64,000 nucleotides of DNA from a virus (IMGVR_UViG_3300030202_000274:2594-66593); one strand, 5' to 3'; shown: positions 28,548 to 39,700, counted from the first letter of the stretch. The notes: generated by a model from the letters alone, not told the origin. Numbers and translations are program-made.

Positions 28548-28808
28548 TCATACTCCAATCAAAGCTTGGATTTCGTCATCATCTAATCCCAAGTCTTTTA
28601 GTTTTTGTTTGCCAGATGCTTTCTTAGTTTCTTTGTTTGCTTCAGCGTCTTTTAATTCTTGTTCAACTGTTGGTATCATAGCTTTTATATCTTCTTTAGA
28701 AATAGGTGTTGTATTTTCTAACCATTCTATTTCGCAAGTATTAATATCATCACCTCTTAAAACTACTTTTGCATTTGGATTAATTTTTAATATTGCATTT
28801 ATAATCAT
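28548..28808 (-). CDS. Fibre-associated chaperone 3
   Basis: Paralogue of 30828..31082; KQKLKDLGL C-terminus. Confidence 0.65.
   Translation of the reverse strand: MIINAILKINPNAKVVLRGDDINTCEIEWLENTTPISKEDIKAMIPTVEQELKDAEANKETKKASGKQKLKDLGLDDDEIQALIGV
28564..28665. repeat. Direct repeat R2b, copy 1 (102 bp)
   Basis: Identical to 63887..63988 (offset 35,323). Confidence 0.95.
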
Positions 28809-29563
28809 TATCCTTGTATCTCCATTAAAATTAAACTGTAAAATCTACCATCTGTTGATGTTGAAGTTGTAGAACCAGACGCTTTTCTAAAACCTAAAGT
28901 GTACTGTTGTGCAGATGTTGTGTTTGGACTATCTAAATGTATAGCGTTCAAATTTGCTAAATATGCACCAGAGCCACTTCTACCAGTTGCAACACCACCT
29001 AAACCAGTTCCACTTAAAGTACCTCTAAAAACTTGTATTTCTGAATAAGTATTACCATTAGATTGAGCATCTAAATTTGCTGTTCCTATTATAAATATTT
29101 TATTACTTGTGCTTGATGGCGTAATACTTGCGTTTAACATTTCAGATACAGTTGTTGTTGAATTTGTTAAAGTTGTAGTGCTTGAATTTTCAACAACTTG
29201 CAAAACTTTACCTAAAGCAACTCCACTATCTAATTTAGCACTTGTAACAGCACCATCTCCAAGTTTAGCAGTAGTTACAGAGCCATCACTAGGTACTGTC
29301 ATAACTCCTGTTCCATAATGTAAAAAGAAATTACAAGTAGATGTGCTTGGTACTGCAACGCCAAAGTCTATTGTAGAACTTGAAACTGTAAAGTTAGTAG
29401 CTTGAACCACACCATCAATACTAATTAAGCATGATTGAGCAGAGTTTGGTGTAAATGCTACTGAACCTTTTGTAATAGAATAAGAACTAGAACCATCAAA
29501 GGTAATATTATCTAGTACCTCTATGTTTGATATTTTATCTAATCCTCTGCCAAGATAAGCCAT
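28808..29563 (-). CDS. Tail fibre / RBP module 3
   Basis: MAYLGR start, DGSVTTAKL repeats, GKVLQVV...ITPSSTSNKI...LDSP.TTSA tip. Confidence 0.7.
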   Translation of the reverse strand: MAYLGRGLDKISNIEVLDNITFDGSSSYSITKGSVAFTPNSAQSCLISIDGVVQATNFTVSSSTIDFGVAVPSTSTCNFFLHYGTGVMTVPSDGSVTTAKLGDGAVTSAKLDSGVALGKVLQVVENSSTTTLTNSTTTVSEMLNASITPSSTSNKIFIIGTANLDAQSNGNTYSEIQVFRGTLSGTGLGGVATGRSGSGAYLANLNAIHLDSPNTTSAQQYTLGFRKASGSTTSTSTDGRFYSLILMEIQG

Positions 29564-29739
29564 TACTCTGAACCTCCATTATCTATTACTGTTCCACCAT
29601 CTGCTATCCATTCTTGTATTGCTTGGTAATCTTTGTTTGCTTCGTCTAGTGGTACTGACCAAACTTCACCATTAGTTAAAGTTATTTTGTAACTTGCAAA
29701 TTCATTATTTGAATATAATTTTTCTACACTATCAATCAT
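29563..29739 (-). CDS. Fibre-associated small protein 2 (58 aa, not in ORF track)
   Basis: VPLDEANKDYQAIQEWIADG; fills the gap exactly. Confidence 0.7.
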   Translation of the reverse strand: MIDSVEKLYSNNEFASYKITLTNGEVWSVPLDEANKDYQAIQEWIADGGTVIDNGGSE

Positions 29740-29741
29740 AA

Positions 29742-30824
29742 TTATAACTCCGCACTTAATTGAATGTTAGCACCACTAGAAGCATTAGATAATAATAAAA
29801 CACCATCTCCTGTGCTTCCAACAGATGAACTATTTGTTTGTACTAAACCAGATGAAGTACCGAAATATATAGCACCAATACTACTTATGTTTACATAAGA
29901 ACCTGCCGCAGATACACCTATACTTCCACTATATGAAATACTTGGAGATGACCTCATTGTTTGAGGAAACGTTAATGAAATATTTTGATTTGTGCTAGAA
30001 TTATTGGAACCAGAGCCATACGCTTGATAACTAGAAGAACCTTGTGCATCAGCACCTAATTTAGCAAAATATCTTAAACATCTATTTTTATTCACATCAT
30101 AAGGCAAGAACTCAAAATCAGATGCAGTTGTTCCAGCTTCTAATTGTACGCCTGTGATTTGCCAAGTAGCACCATTAGTTGCTATTAAATTTGTTTGTCC
30201 AGTTACACCTTCATAAGTTGCTGTACCCCAACTTCCAGCACTACCAACTTCACCAGAACCAGCACCTAAACTTAAACTTAATCTTATTCCTAAAGTATTA
30301 TTAGTAACCCAAGTTCCAGAAGTATCTCCATCTATTGTTACCGAAACATCTGTCCAAGTATTTGCTGAACTTATAGTGTAAGAAAAATTATAAAATCTAT
30401 TATAATCTCCATTTATAATAGCACCACCAAATGTTCCTGTAAGACTTGATTTAACTTTAAATGAAAGAGTAACATCTTGTGCTTGTGCTGTACCCCAGTT
30501 TAAATTTCTAATCATATTACCTTCTATATGCTGAACAACTCTATAAGTTGCATTACTTGCTATAGAACTATCTGCTGTTGTTACAGTAGCTTTAAAAGAA
30601 TTAACAAAATTAGTAGGTGCGTCAGTAGATTGTTCAATAGTAAAAACTCCAGCAGATGACATTCCTCTAGCACCAAATCTATCAATTCCATATTGAACTG
30701 TTCCACTATTTATTGTAACTGCTGAGGCAGTTCTTTGTGCTATGCTCATATCACCATTGATGACGATGTTTCTGAACTTAACATTGTCTTGAAATCCAGC
30801 ACTTGGTATTTTTGTTATTGCCAT
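29742..30824 (-). CDS. Tail fibre / carbohydrate-binding RBP module 2
   Basis: RNIVINGDMSIAQR...DRF...ITGVQLEAG...C.RYF. Confidence 0.75.
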   Translation of the reverse strand: MAITKIPSAGFQDNVKFRNIVINGDMSIAQRTASAVTINSGTVQYGIDRFGARGMSSAGVFTIEQSTDAPTNFVNSFKATVTTADSSIASNATYRVVQHIEGNMIRNLNWGTAQAQDVTLSFKVKSSLTGTFGGAIINGDYNRFYNFSYTISSANTWTDVSVTIDGDTSGTWVTNNTLGIRLSLSLGAGSGEVGSAGSWGTATYEGVTGQTNLIATNGATWQITGVQLEAGTTASDFEFLPYDVNKNRCLRYFAKLGADAQGSSSYQAYGSGSNNSSTNQNISLTFPQTMRSSPSISYSGSIGVSAAGSYVNISSIGAIYFGTSSGLVQTNSSSVGSTGDGVLLLSNASSGANIQLSAEL

Positions 30825-30827
30825 AAT

Positions 30828-31082
30828 TTATCCTATCAACGCTTTTATTTCAGCGTCAGTTAATCCTAAATCTTTTAATTTTTGTTTTCCATTAGATGCG
30901 TCTGTTTCTTTTTGTGTTTCTGCATCTTTTAATTCTTGTTCTATTGTTGGTATCATAGCTTCAATATCTTCTTTAGTAATATTGTTTGGATTTCCATCAT
31001 GCCAAATTATTTTATTCATATCTTCTGCATCTACAGAAACTTTTGCATTAGCATCAATTTTTAATATTGCATCTATAATCAT
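30828..31082 (-). CDS. Fibre-associated chaperone 1
   Basis: Paralogue of 28548..28808. Confidence 0.65.
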   Translation of the reverse strand: MIIDAILKIDANAKVSVDAEDMNKIIWHDGNPNNITKEDIEAMIPTIEQELKDAETQKETDASNGKQKLKDLGLTDAEIKALIG

Positions 31083-31849
31083 TATGCTGATACCTCCATA
31101 AGTGTTATTATAGAAATTTGTTCAGAATCATTATCGTTTCTATTACCTACAACAAGAGTTCCACCATTACATTTACCTTGAATTTTATAAGTAGTAGCTG
31201 ATGTGGTACTTGGTGAATCTAAAAGTTGTAAATGTACTGTGTCCATATTTCCACTCTCATAAGTGTATTGTGTTCTTGTTGAAGTATATGTTTGACTACT
31301 AGCTGGTTGACCAATAGCTGTAGAACCTCTTAAAAGATTAAACATATTAATTTGTGAATTACTGCCATTTGATGTGCAAAAACTTGCTGTTATAAGAATT
31401 TTGTTAGAAGAACTTGACGGTGTAATTGATGCAGATAATCCTGTTACATCTGTAAATGATGTTGATGTTGTTGAAAATTTTGTATCTTTTACAGTTTGAA
31501 CAACTTGTAAAACTTTTCCAGCACTTAATTTAGCAGAAGTTACAGAACCATCAACTAACTGGCTTGTTCCAACACTAGCGTTTGGTGGATTTACAGTTTG
31601 AACAGCTTTACCTAAATATACACAGTACATATCATCAGAAGATGATGTAGCACTTGTTAGTGTTAATGTAGTACCACTAGCAGAATATGCAGTTGTAGGC
31701 TCTTGTCTTACAAAGTTAATAAATAATGCTAACTCATTTGCATTAGCAACTGGATTATCCAATGTGTAAGATGTAGTCGCACTTGTACTAAAGTCTTGTT
31801 TAGCAAAACTTGTGTAACTTAATGCTGGTTGATTTCCAATAAACGGCAT
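31082..31849 (-). CDS. Tail fibre / RBP module 1
   Basis: MPFIGNQP start, VRQEP, DGSVTSAKL, GKVLQVV tip. Confidence 0.7.
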   Translation of the reverse strand: MPFIGNQPALSYTSFAKQDFSTSATTSYTLDNPVANANELALFINFVRQEPTTAYSASGTTLTLTSATSSSDDMYCVYLGKAVQTVNPPNASVGTSQLVDGSVTSAKLSAGKVLQVVQTVKDTKFSTTSTSFTDVTGLSASITPSSSSNKILITASFCTSNGSNSQINMFNLLRGSTAIGQPASSQTYTSTRTQYTYESGNMDTVHLQLLDSPSTTSATTYKIQGKCNGGTLVVGNRNDNDSEQISIITLMEVSA

Positions 31850-31856
31850 TAATCTC

Positions 31857-32183
31857 CTATGTACTTATTGCATCTACTGTTGATACCCAAACATCTAAAG
31901 ATGAAGCTGTGTCTGATACTACTTTTAAAGCATCACCAGATTGAACTACAAATTTTGCTCCACCATCTAAAACTTGTAATGATGAACCTGCAGGAATAGG
32001 TGCATCTTTAATTAAATAGATGTCATTAGAACTATCATTAATATATACAGATGCTATAACACTAGATGTTGTAACATTTGAAACTGATATACCAACAACA
32101 GTATCATAACTATCTGAAGTAAATAAAGTTGCTGCTCCTGTACCTACGTTGTTGCTTGTGTATCTTCTAAAGTTTTGTGCCAT
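31857..32183 (-). CDS. Small beta-sandwich fibre adaptor protein
   Basis: MAQNFRR...IPAGSSL...K.V..GD.L; follows the AIAMAIAL-ending fibre. Confidence 0.55.
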   Translation of the reverse strand: MAQNFRRYTSNNVGTGAATLFTSDSYDTVVGISVSNVTTSSVIASVYINDSSNDIYLIKDAPIPAGSSLQVLDGGAKFVVQSGDALKVVSDTASSLDVWVSTVDAIST

Positions 32184-32195
32184 ATTACTCCTTTA

Positions 32196-33494
32196 TTATA
32201 ATGCAATCGCCATGGCTATAGCGAATCCATTTGTTGCTAAATTTGAAGTATCAGTAGATTCAATATTTGTCCACGCACTTCCATTATAGTATTTTAATAC
32301 ATTACTTGTAGAATTATAGAATAAATCACCTTCATCTAATGATGAACTTGGATCACTAGATCCTATTCTGTATTTATCTGCAAAGTTATTAACATCAGAT
32401 ATATTGTTGGCTACTGTTGTTACATTAGAACTAATACCAGCAACAGATGTTACATTACTAGATATTCCAGCTACTGTTGTTACATTTGCCGATATACCTG
32501 CTACCGAAGTTACATTAGAAGCAATTCCTGCAACTGTTGTAACATTAGCAGCTATTGGACCAACTTGTCCTACTTCTGTAGATATACCTGCAACAGTTTG
32601 AATATCAGATGAATCTCCTGCCACAGTAGTAACATTACTTGAAATACCTGCAACTGTAGTAACATTTGCTGATATTCCACCTACTGTGTTAACATTACCT
32701 ATATTATTTCCTACAGTATTAACATTAGTTATTGAACCTGCAACTGTATCTATTTCTGGACTTGCTTCTTGTAAGTCAGATGCAACAGTTTCTATTTCAG
32801 AAACAGCTTCGTTAAGATCGTTTGCAACTGTAATAATATCTGCAATATTAGATGCAACTGTATTAACATTTGCAATATTAGATGCTACCGTATTTATATT
32901 AGTTACAGCTCCAGCAACTGCTGTAACATTAGATGCAATACCACTAACTGTAGTTACATCACTAGCTATTGCTGCTATTGTATTTATATTTGTAATATCT
33001 TGAGAAAACTCTAATCCATTACCAGAACTATTTACTGATAAAACTTTATTAGCAACAAGATTTGGAAATGTAATATTAAATGTATTTGCTGTTGTTGCTG
33101 CAGCTTTTGGAGAAAACTTAAGATCTCTCTCAAGCTGTTGACACATAGCAATAATTTTATCTAATTCAGTATTAAGTGATCCTATTTGAAAAGCACCAGA
33201 TGTTGGGAAATCTGTAGATCTTGCTATTGCTAAATCTCTAGATATTGTAATTACATCATTTACTGTTGCACCAGGCGAACCTAATGTAATAGAACCACCA
33301 CCAGTTTGTCCTGCACCAGATACTGAATATTCTGTTGCATCTGCTGGTGATGCAGAAAAAGTTAATAGTGATGTACCATTAAATACTTTTAAATCTGCAT
33401 TATCAAAAAATTCAAATCCTACAGTAAAACTAGTTTGTCCACTCGTTGCTGTATATTGAACTCGTGGTTCTGTATCTGAAATTGTTATACTCAT
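32196..33494 (-). CDS. Main tail fibre with T7 gp17-like N-terminal anchor and decapeptide repeat shaft
   Basis: YTATSGQTSF..FEFF...LNTELD anchor; VTTVAGISSN repeats; EGDLFYN; C-terminal AIAMAIAL. Confidence 0.8.
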   Translation of the reverse strand: MSITISDTEPRVQYTATSGQTSFTVGFEFFDNADLKVFNGTSLLTFSASPADATEYSVSGAGQTGGGSITLGSPGATVNDVITISRDLAIARSTDFPTSGAFQIGSLNTELDKIIAMCQQLERDLKFSPKAAATTANTFNITFPNLVANKVLSVNSSGNGLEFSQDITNINTIAAIASDVTTVSGIASNVTAVAGAVTNINTVASNIANVNTVASNIADIITVANDLNEAVSEIETVASDLQEASPEIDTVAGSITNVNTVGNNIGNVNTVGGISANVTTVAGISSNVTTVAGDSSDIQTVAGISTEVGQVGPIAANVTTVAGIASNVTSVAGISANVTTVAGISSNVTSVAGISSNVTTVANNISDVNNFADKYRIGSSDPSSSLDEGDLFYNSTSNVLKYYNGSAWTNIESTDTSNLATNGFAIAMAIAL

Positions 33495-36400
33495 TATCGA
33501 AGTCCTTTTTCTATATCGTCAAATAACCAATCCAAGTACCATACGTTCTGAAATGGAATTAATCTACGCACATTACGTGCTGTATAGTGATTATATGAAT
33601 TGCCACCTACGTCATACATAATATCAAACACATTATAAATTTGAGATGCACTTGGACCTAATAATCCTACTTTAGATTTCATAGAAGAACCATAAGGTTT
33701 GCCTTCACCCATTAATGGAGCTATACCAATTCTATTATCTGTAAGAGCTTCTATAGATCTATTAACATCTACAAATATACCACCTAATCCAGATCTATCA
33801 AATGCTGCCAATAATTTTGCAGTTAAAGATTTTTTAGAATAATCTTTGTTAAATCTAAACTCACTGTAAACTGCATCTACTAACATACCAGATCCCATTA
33901 ATAACATAGAACCAAATAAAAAATCTAAATCTCTTTCTTGCATACCTCTCATTAACATTCTTTGTGTAGAAGCCATTGCAAATTTTTTAAACTGTACAAT
34001 AGTACTAGCAAGTTCATAGTTCATAAACAAAGGTGTATCTCCTTTGCCTGGCGTTACAATTGTAACATTAATATCTTTATTTAATGCTGCACCAAATCTT
34101 TGTTTAGCTAAATCATCAGTCCATTCTGCTGAATTAGCCATTCTGTTATATAATGTTTTAGTACCATGTTCTTCATACATTTTAGCAATTCTTTTTGCTA
34201 TTTCTTCATCAATACCAGAAGCTGCTAATTTAGTTTTAAATTTATCTGATAAAGTACCTTTACTCCATTTAACAGAGTCTTCTAATATTCTAGAACCAAT
34301 AGTAACAGACGCTGCACTTTTCATAAATTCTGTCCATCTAGACATCATGTTAATATACATAAAGTTAAAGTTAGCTGCTTTACCCATCATACCTTCTACT
34401 TTAGAAGACATACCAAACATATCTCCTATATCAGAAAATAACATAGCTCTTTGTCCAGTAACCATATCTACTGCTTCTGCAAAAGATTGTGCTTCTTTTT
34501 TACCTGCTTTGAAGATACCGAATTTTTTATTTGATAGCATATCTGCCCACATTTCAAATTGTGTTTTAAAACCTCTTTGAATACCAGATGTCATAATAGT
34601 TCTTGGTACATCAGCTACAGCTGCAAAGAAACCTGTAAGCATTGTTAAAGCATTATAATGTTTCATTGTTCTCATTGCTCTAGATGTCCAAGCATGAGGA
34701 TCAGCAGGTAATCCATATGTACCTCTAACCAGCTCAATACCAGCTTCTAAATCTTCCAGAACTTTGTTTCTTTCTGCCATAATCTTGGCTTTTTGTGCCT
34801 TAGTTTTTGCCTTAAATGCCTTAATGTTATATTCTTCAGCTACTTGATATAATCCAGGAAACGTCATTGATTCAGCTTCATCTATGTATTTATATCCTAA
34901 ACCATTTGGATCTCCGTATTTTTTAGTAAATAAAATATCTGGAGTTACTTGTCTGTAGTATGTTTTCATTAATGAAAAAATATCACTAACTATAAAATCA
35001 TTATCTACTAACTTCATTTGTGTTTCTGGTAAAAGATTTAATTCTCTAGCTCTTGTAGCTCTAGCATATCTAGGTCTATTAAAAGCATATCTTTCAAATA
35101 TAAGATCTTTAATATCATCAGTATATTTTGTTTTTTCAAATCTTTGAAATGGAAAATGTCCTGCTAGATCATCTACTAAAGTATTTAACTTTTTTTCATT
35201 AATATACTTTTTTCTTTTAATTAGATCTTCTCTAATGATATTTTTAAATAATTCTTTGTTTTTATCTATATTACTTTTATTATAAATAATATTAACATAA
35301 TCTTTTATTAAACTATCTGACGCTTTTAATCGTTCTTCTAACTTAGCAATTTTATTTTTAATTTCTGTTGCAGAATATTGTGATGTAGTACCATCTACTT
35401 TAGACTTAAATGATTTAGTAGTTTCACCTTTCTTTTTCATTGTGTCCATAGTACCTTTCCAAAAATTTAATTCTCTTTCAATTGGTAATTTACGAATACC
35501 AAGTTCTTGCATTTCTTTACCTATTGGGCCATAGACTTTATCTTGTGTAATTCTTGCAGCTTGTGCTATTTCTGGAATATCATTTTGCATACCTTTTAAT
35601 CTTGTTTTGGTTACTTCTCTACTAAACTCAGCTAAAGACATTTGACTATTCATAATGTTGTGCATATTAATTCCTAGTTCAGTTTTAGGATGCGCACCTT
35701 GTACTCTAGCAATATACTTCATGTATTGCTCTTTAATATCTTTCATAGCCTCTATAGATCCTACTTCTCTCATTCTTAATTGTAGCTCAATAGATGGATC
35801 TGTTGCTTTAAAACCATAGTCTTTAGTATTTTTTAATTTAAGTAATGGTGTATCTAATATATCTGCAATCATAGTTCTTGCATTTTTAGAAGCAGATTTA
35901 GTAACTCTAAATACATTAGTCCAAGGACCATCTTCTCCAAATATACCTAAATAACTTTTTACAAATCTTTCACCTTGAAATTCTTCAGAAGGTGTAGGTT
36001 TTACTTTTTGCTCATTAGCTGCTGCACCTACATTACCAGGTGTTGGAGGTCTTTCATTAGGATTAATAAATTTACCATCTTCATATATTTCTTGTGTCAT
36101 TGTTTTAGGTGGTGCATGAAATGATTTATCTGCATCTATAATTTTTTGTTGTGTAGCTCCACCTATAGTGCCTTTGCCCATTTTATTTATAATATATGGT
36201 AATCCATAACCACCAGCAACAATCCAAGGAACATAATCATCTGGTCTTGTTGGATCTATATTTTGTTTTGCTATTTCTTCAGCAGTAAAAGCTGTACCAA
36301 ATACTTTTGCACTTTGCCCTGCTTTAGTTGCTAATAATAAACTTGAAGGATCTAAAAATGCTCCAGTAATTTTACCTATATGATACCAAGGACTTGCATA

Positions 36401-36700
36401 GTTTTGTTCAGCTTGTTTATTTAACTTTTGTATAATAGCTGTAGATTCTGCAGCACTTTTACTAAACATAAACTGATCATAAAAATCTTGATAGTTTTTT
36501 AATTGTGGATCATTTTTAGGATTATAATTTTCATCTGGTACAAAATCTTGATGATTAACAAGATAATCAACAGCCATTGATGTTAAATTTTCAGAAGCAA
36601 ATCCTTGTTGAAAATCAACATAAGGACTATACTCTATAGGAGTATTTCTTTCTTGCTTTAAACTTTCTGCATCAGAAGGCTTAAATGGAAAAGCCGTCAT
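33494..36700 (-). CDS. Large internal virion protein (phage B)
   Basis: 1068 aa; QFKKF, RLIPFQN.WY C-terminal motifs; synteny. Confidence 0.7.
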   Translation of the reverse strand: MTAFPFKPSDAESLKQERNTPIEYSPYVDFQQGFASENLTSMAVDYLVNHQDFVPDENYNPKNDPQLKNYQDFYDQFMFSKSAAESTAIIQKLNKQAEQNYASPWYHIGKITGAFLDPSSLLLATKAGQSAKVFGTAFTAEEIAKQNIDPTRPDDYVPWIVAGGYGLPYIINKMGKGTIGGATQQKIIDADKSFHAPPKTMTQEIYEDGKFINPNERPPTPGNVGAAANEQKVKPTPSEEFQGERFVKSYLGIFGEDGPWTNVFRVTKSASKNARTMIADILDTPLLKLKNTKDYGFKATDPSIELQLRMREVGSIEAMKDIKEQYMKYIARVQGAHPKTELGINMHNIMNSQMSLAEFSREVTKTRLKGMQNDIPEIAQAARITQDKVYGPIGKEMQELGIRKLPIERELNFWKGTMDTMKKKGETTKSFKSKVDGTTSQYSATEIKNKIAKLEERLKASDSLIKDYVNIIYNKSNIDKNKELFKNIIREDLIKRKKYINEKKLNTLVDDLAGHFPFQRFEKTKYTDDIKDLIFERYAFNRPRYARATRARELNLLPETQMKLVDNDFIVSDIFSLMKTYYRQVTPDILFTKKYGDPNGLGYKYIDEAESMTFPGLYQVAEEYNIKAFKAKTKAQKAKIMAERNKVLEDLEAGIELVRGTYGLPADPHAWTSRAMRTMKHYNALTMLTGFFAAVADVPRTIMTSGIQRGFKTQFEMWADMLSNKKFGIFKAGKKEAQSFAEAVDMVTGQRAMLFSDIGDMFGMSSKVEGMMGKAANFNFMYINMMSRWTEFMKSAASVTIGSRILEDSVKWSKGTLSDKFKTKLAASGIDEEIAKRIAKMYEEHGTKTLYNRMANSAEWTDDLAKQRFGAALNKDINVTIVTPGKGDTPLFMNYELASTIVQFKKFAMASTQRMLMRGMQERDLDFLFGSMLLMGSGMLVDAVYSEFRFNKDYSKKSLTAKLLAAFDRSGLGGIFVDVNRSIEALTDNRIGIAPLMGEGKPYGSSMKSKVGLLGPSASQIYNVFDIMYDVGGNSYNHYTARNVRRLIPFQNVWYLDWLFDDIEKGLR

Positions 36701-39700
36701 TAATTTAATTTACCTAATTTACCACCATAAGAATTTATACCTCTTGTATAACCTTCAAAAATCATTTTATCTAAAAGTGTTTGATTTTGTGGTGGATAAT
36801 ATTCATTAAATGCTTCTGAACCCATTTCGTGTTCAATCATAAATTTAATTAATTGATACATTTGATTTCCATCATAAAAATTAATTGCAGTATCTCTAGT
36901 AAAATTAGTTTTATCTTCTAACGCATTTAAATATGGCTCACTATCAACTGCATAAACTTTTAATATTTGTTCTGCTGTAGGATTATTACCATATCTTTTA
37001 GTAGTTTCATTTTTAATTAAAGTAGAGTTATTAATCATTACTCTCATAGCAGCTCTTATAGAATCTACAGGACTAGCAAATATTGCTGCTTGATTACCTG
37101 TAGTAATATCAGTCATTTCACCATCCCAAGTTTGATCTGTTTTCATAACTGCCATATAATTATTAGTTCTAAATGTTAATGGTAAAGATTTATCTTGATA
37201 GCTATTATATACATGTTGCATATAAGTTTTTTGTAAAGCTGCTTCTGTAGCAGAAGTTTTATGTGGAGGAAATCTAGATTCTAATAATTTTTGTTTATCA
37301 GTAAAATTTCTATTTTTATTTATTTGTGCATCCATTGATATAATTTCATTAACTTCATTATTAATTTCTGCAGCTTCATTGTAATAAGATTCAACATCTA
37401 TATCTTTTCCTAATGCTTTAAATATAAAACCAAATGGTTTTACTTCTTTAGGCACATCATTTATTAAAGGAAAGTCTGGATAAAATCTATAATCAGAAGC
37501 TTCTATCATTGTTTTAGTAGTTCCATAAAAAAACTTTTGTAACCATTTTTCTGTTCCAGAATCTCCATCAATAAATCTACCTAAACCTTTTTTCATAAAT
37601 AAATCAAATTTTTTAGTAGCAATTTCTTGCATAATTTCATTTCTAGTTTCTGGAGCTGATACAGGTTCTATTAAATCTTTTTCTATTAACATATTACTTC
37701 TTAGACCAGTAGGATCAAAAAAGTTATCTCCTTGTGTTAAAGATATTAATTTATCATCATATAAAATTTTAGCATGATAATTAGGCTTACGATCTTTTCC
37801 TTCTCCAGTAAAAGTTCCAGTAGGTTCTATAATAAGATTTTTATAATTTTCATCTATAACTCTTTTCATAACATCAGTAATATTAACTGGTGTTTGTTCT
37901 TTACCACTTGGGCCAACAGGATCAAAACCAAATCTTTCTATTTGTTCTTCTTTAGATAAATTTTCTTTTAAATAATTTGCTTGTGCCATTAATGCAGAAT
38001 CAAAACCTTGACCAGTAAATCCAATTTCTTTTTCAAAACCATGTTTAATCATACTTACTTTACCTGTACCATTTAATCTTGTAGCAGAATAACCTTGTTT
38101 ATTCATTGAATGTAAAGCTTGTATAGAAGCTTTGTAAAATTGTTGTTTACCTTCATCTGTTGTAATATCTATATCACTATTACCATTTATGTAAGCTAAC
38201 TGTGTTTTAATATTATTTAACCAAACTTGTTGTACTTGTGGTGTCATATCAAGTCCTTTATACCAAGCACTTGTACTTTCTGGTATAAACATATGACTAA
38301 ATTTATTTACTTTTTTATTAAATATTTTTTTAAGCCACCAAGTATCTGTATTTATATCTTGCATTTCAATAGTCCATTTCATATTATTAATTGCAACATC
38401 TAAATTATTATCAATATTATCAGATACTTTTTTATAATTTTCTTCTAAATTACCTTTATTACCTACTATTTGATTTAATTTTTCAGCAACTATTTCATTA
38501 GATTCCATAGCACTTAAACCCATTTTATTTGCTGCATTATAAATATGTTCGTTTTCAACTGTTACATAAGGAAACATATCTTGTGATTTAATATAATTAA
38601 ATAAAGATAGATTTTCTTTAAAATCTTCTATCATTCCTGGTGTTTTAAAATTAACATTATAATCTTTATTTATTTTTTTTAATACAGCAGTTGGTTCTAT
38701 ATTTTGATTTTTATATAATTCCATAACTGTTGCTAAATCTGGATTATCAATATCAGTTATATTTTTATCATCTATTCCATATCTTCTAAGTAAAGCAGTT
38801 TTAAATAATTCCATTTGCTCATTATCTTCAAACTTATCAATAACTTCATAATTTGCAGCTTTACTTACTAATTCTTGTACATTAATATTTTTATTAACTA
38901 TTTCTACAGCTCTATCAAAATCTTTATCAATACCTGGCATACTATTTGTTACATAATTAGTAGCATTGCCATTTGCACCATTAGCAAATTTATGAACATC
39001 TAATATTCCACCACTAGCTTGTTGTCCATCAAGATTATATTTTATTTTAGCATTTTTTAATTGATTAATATTTTTACTATTATAATCATCATATAATGAT
39101 TTAACTTTAGTTATTATTTTAGATCTTTTAAATGGATCTGTAATATCTTTAGCATATTTTTGAAATATAGGATTATCAACATTATCTGGTGTTATAGGTA
39201 AATTATCTTTACCTGCTGCATAATTTAAAAAATATTTATTACCATCTACATCTCCTAATTTTTTTATAATACTAAATACTCTTAATGTTTCTAAATCTAT
39301 AATATCATTATCTAAATCTTTTTTTAATTGACTACCACTATATCTATTAGTTTCTACTATTGTAGATTCTGCACCACCATAATTATGATTTAAAGTTTTT
39401 AATAAATCATTTCCAATAAAACTATTTATATCTAATCCTGTTAAATTTGGATTCATATTGATAGTTTCTAAATGTGATCCTGCATCTACCATTGTTTGAT
39501 CTTTAGTTAAATTCCAACCATCTAATGCTTTTTGATCTTCTCTATTATTATAATTAGTTGTAGCATAAGACATATTAGCTAGATTTTTTTGAGCTAATAT
39601 ATTTTGAGCAATATTTTTATAAACGTTTGGCGTACTTGCAATTACTGTTTTAGAATAATTATCAACAGCATTTCTCATTCCATCTGGATCAAATTTAAAC

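Noticed and set aside
28477-28550. Stop-codon read-through or recoding (frame continues to a second ALIGV)
   Set aside because: Two consecutive stops (TGA TAA); other genes use the standard code; better explained as a recombination scar
32390-32990. CRISPR array
   Set aside because: Degenerate in-frame coding repeats with no unique spacers; no cas genes
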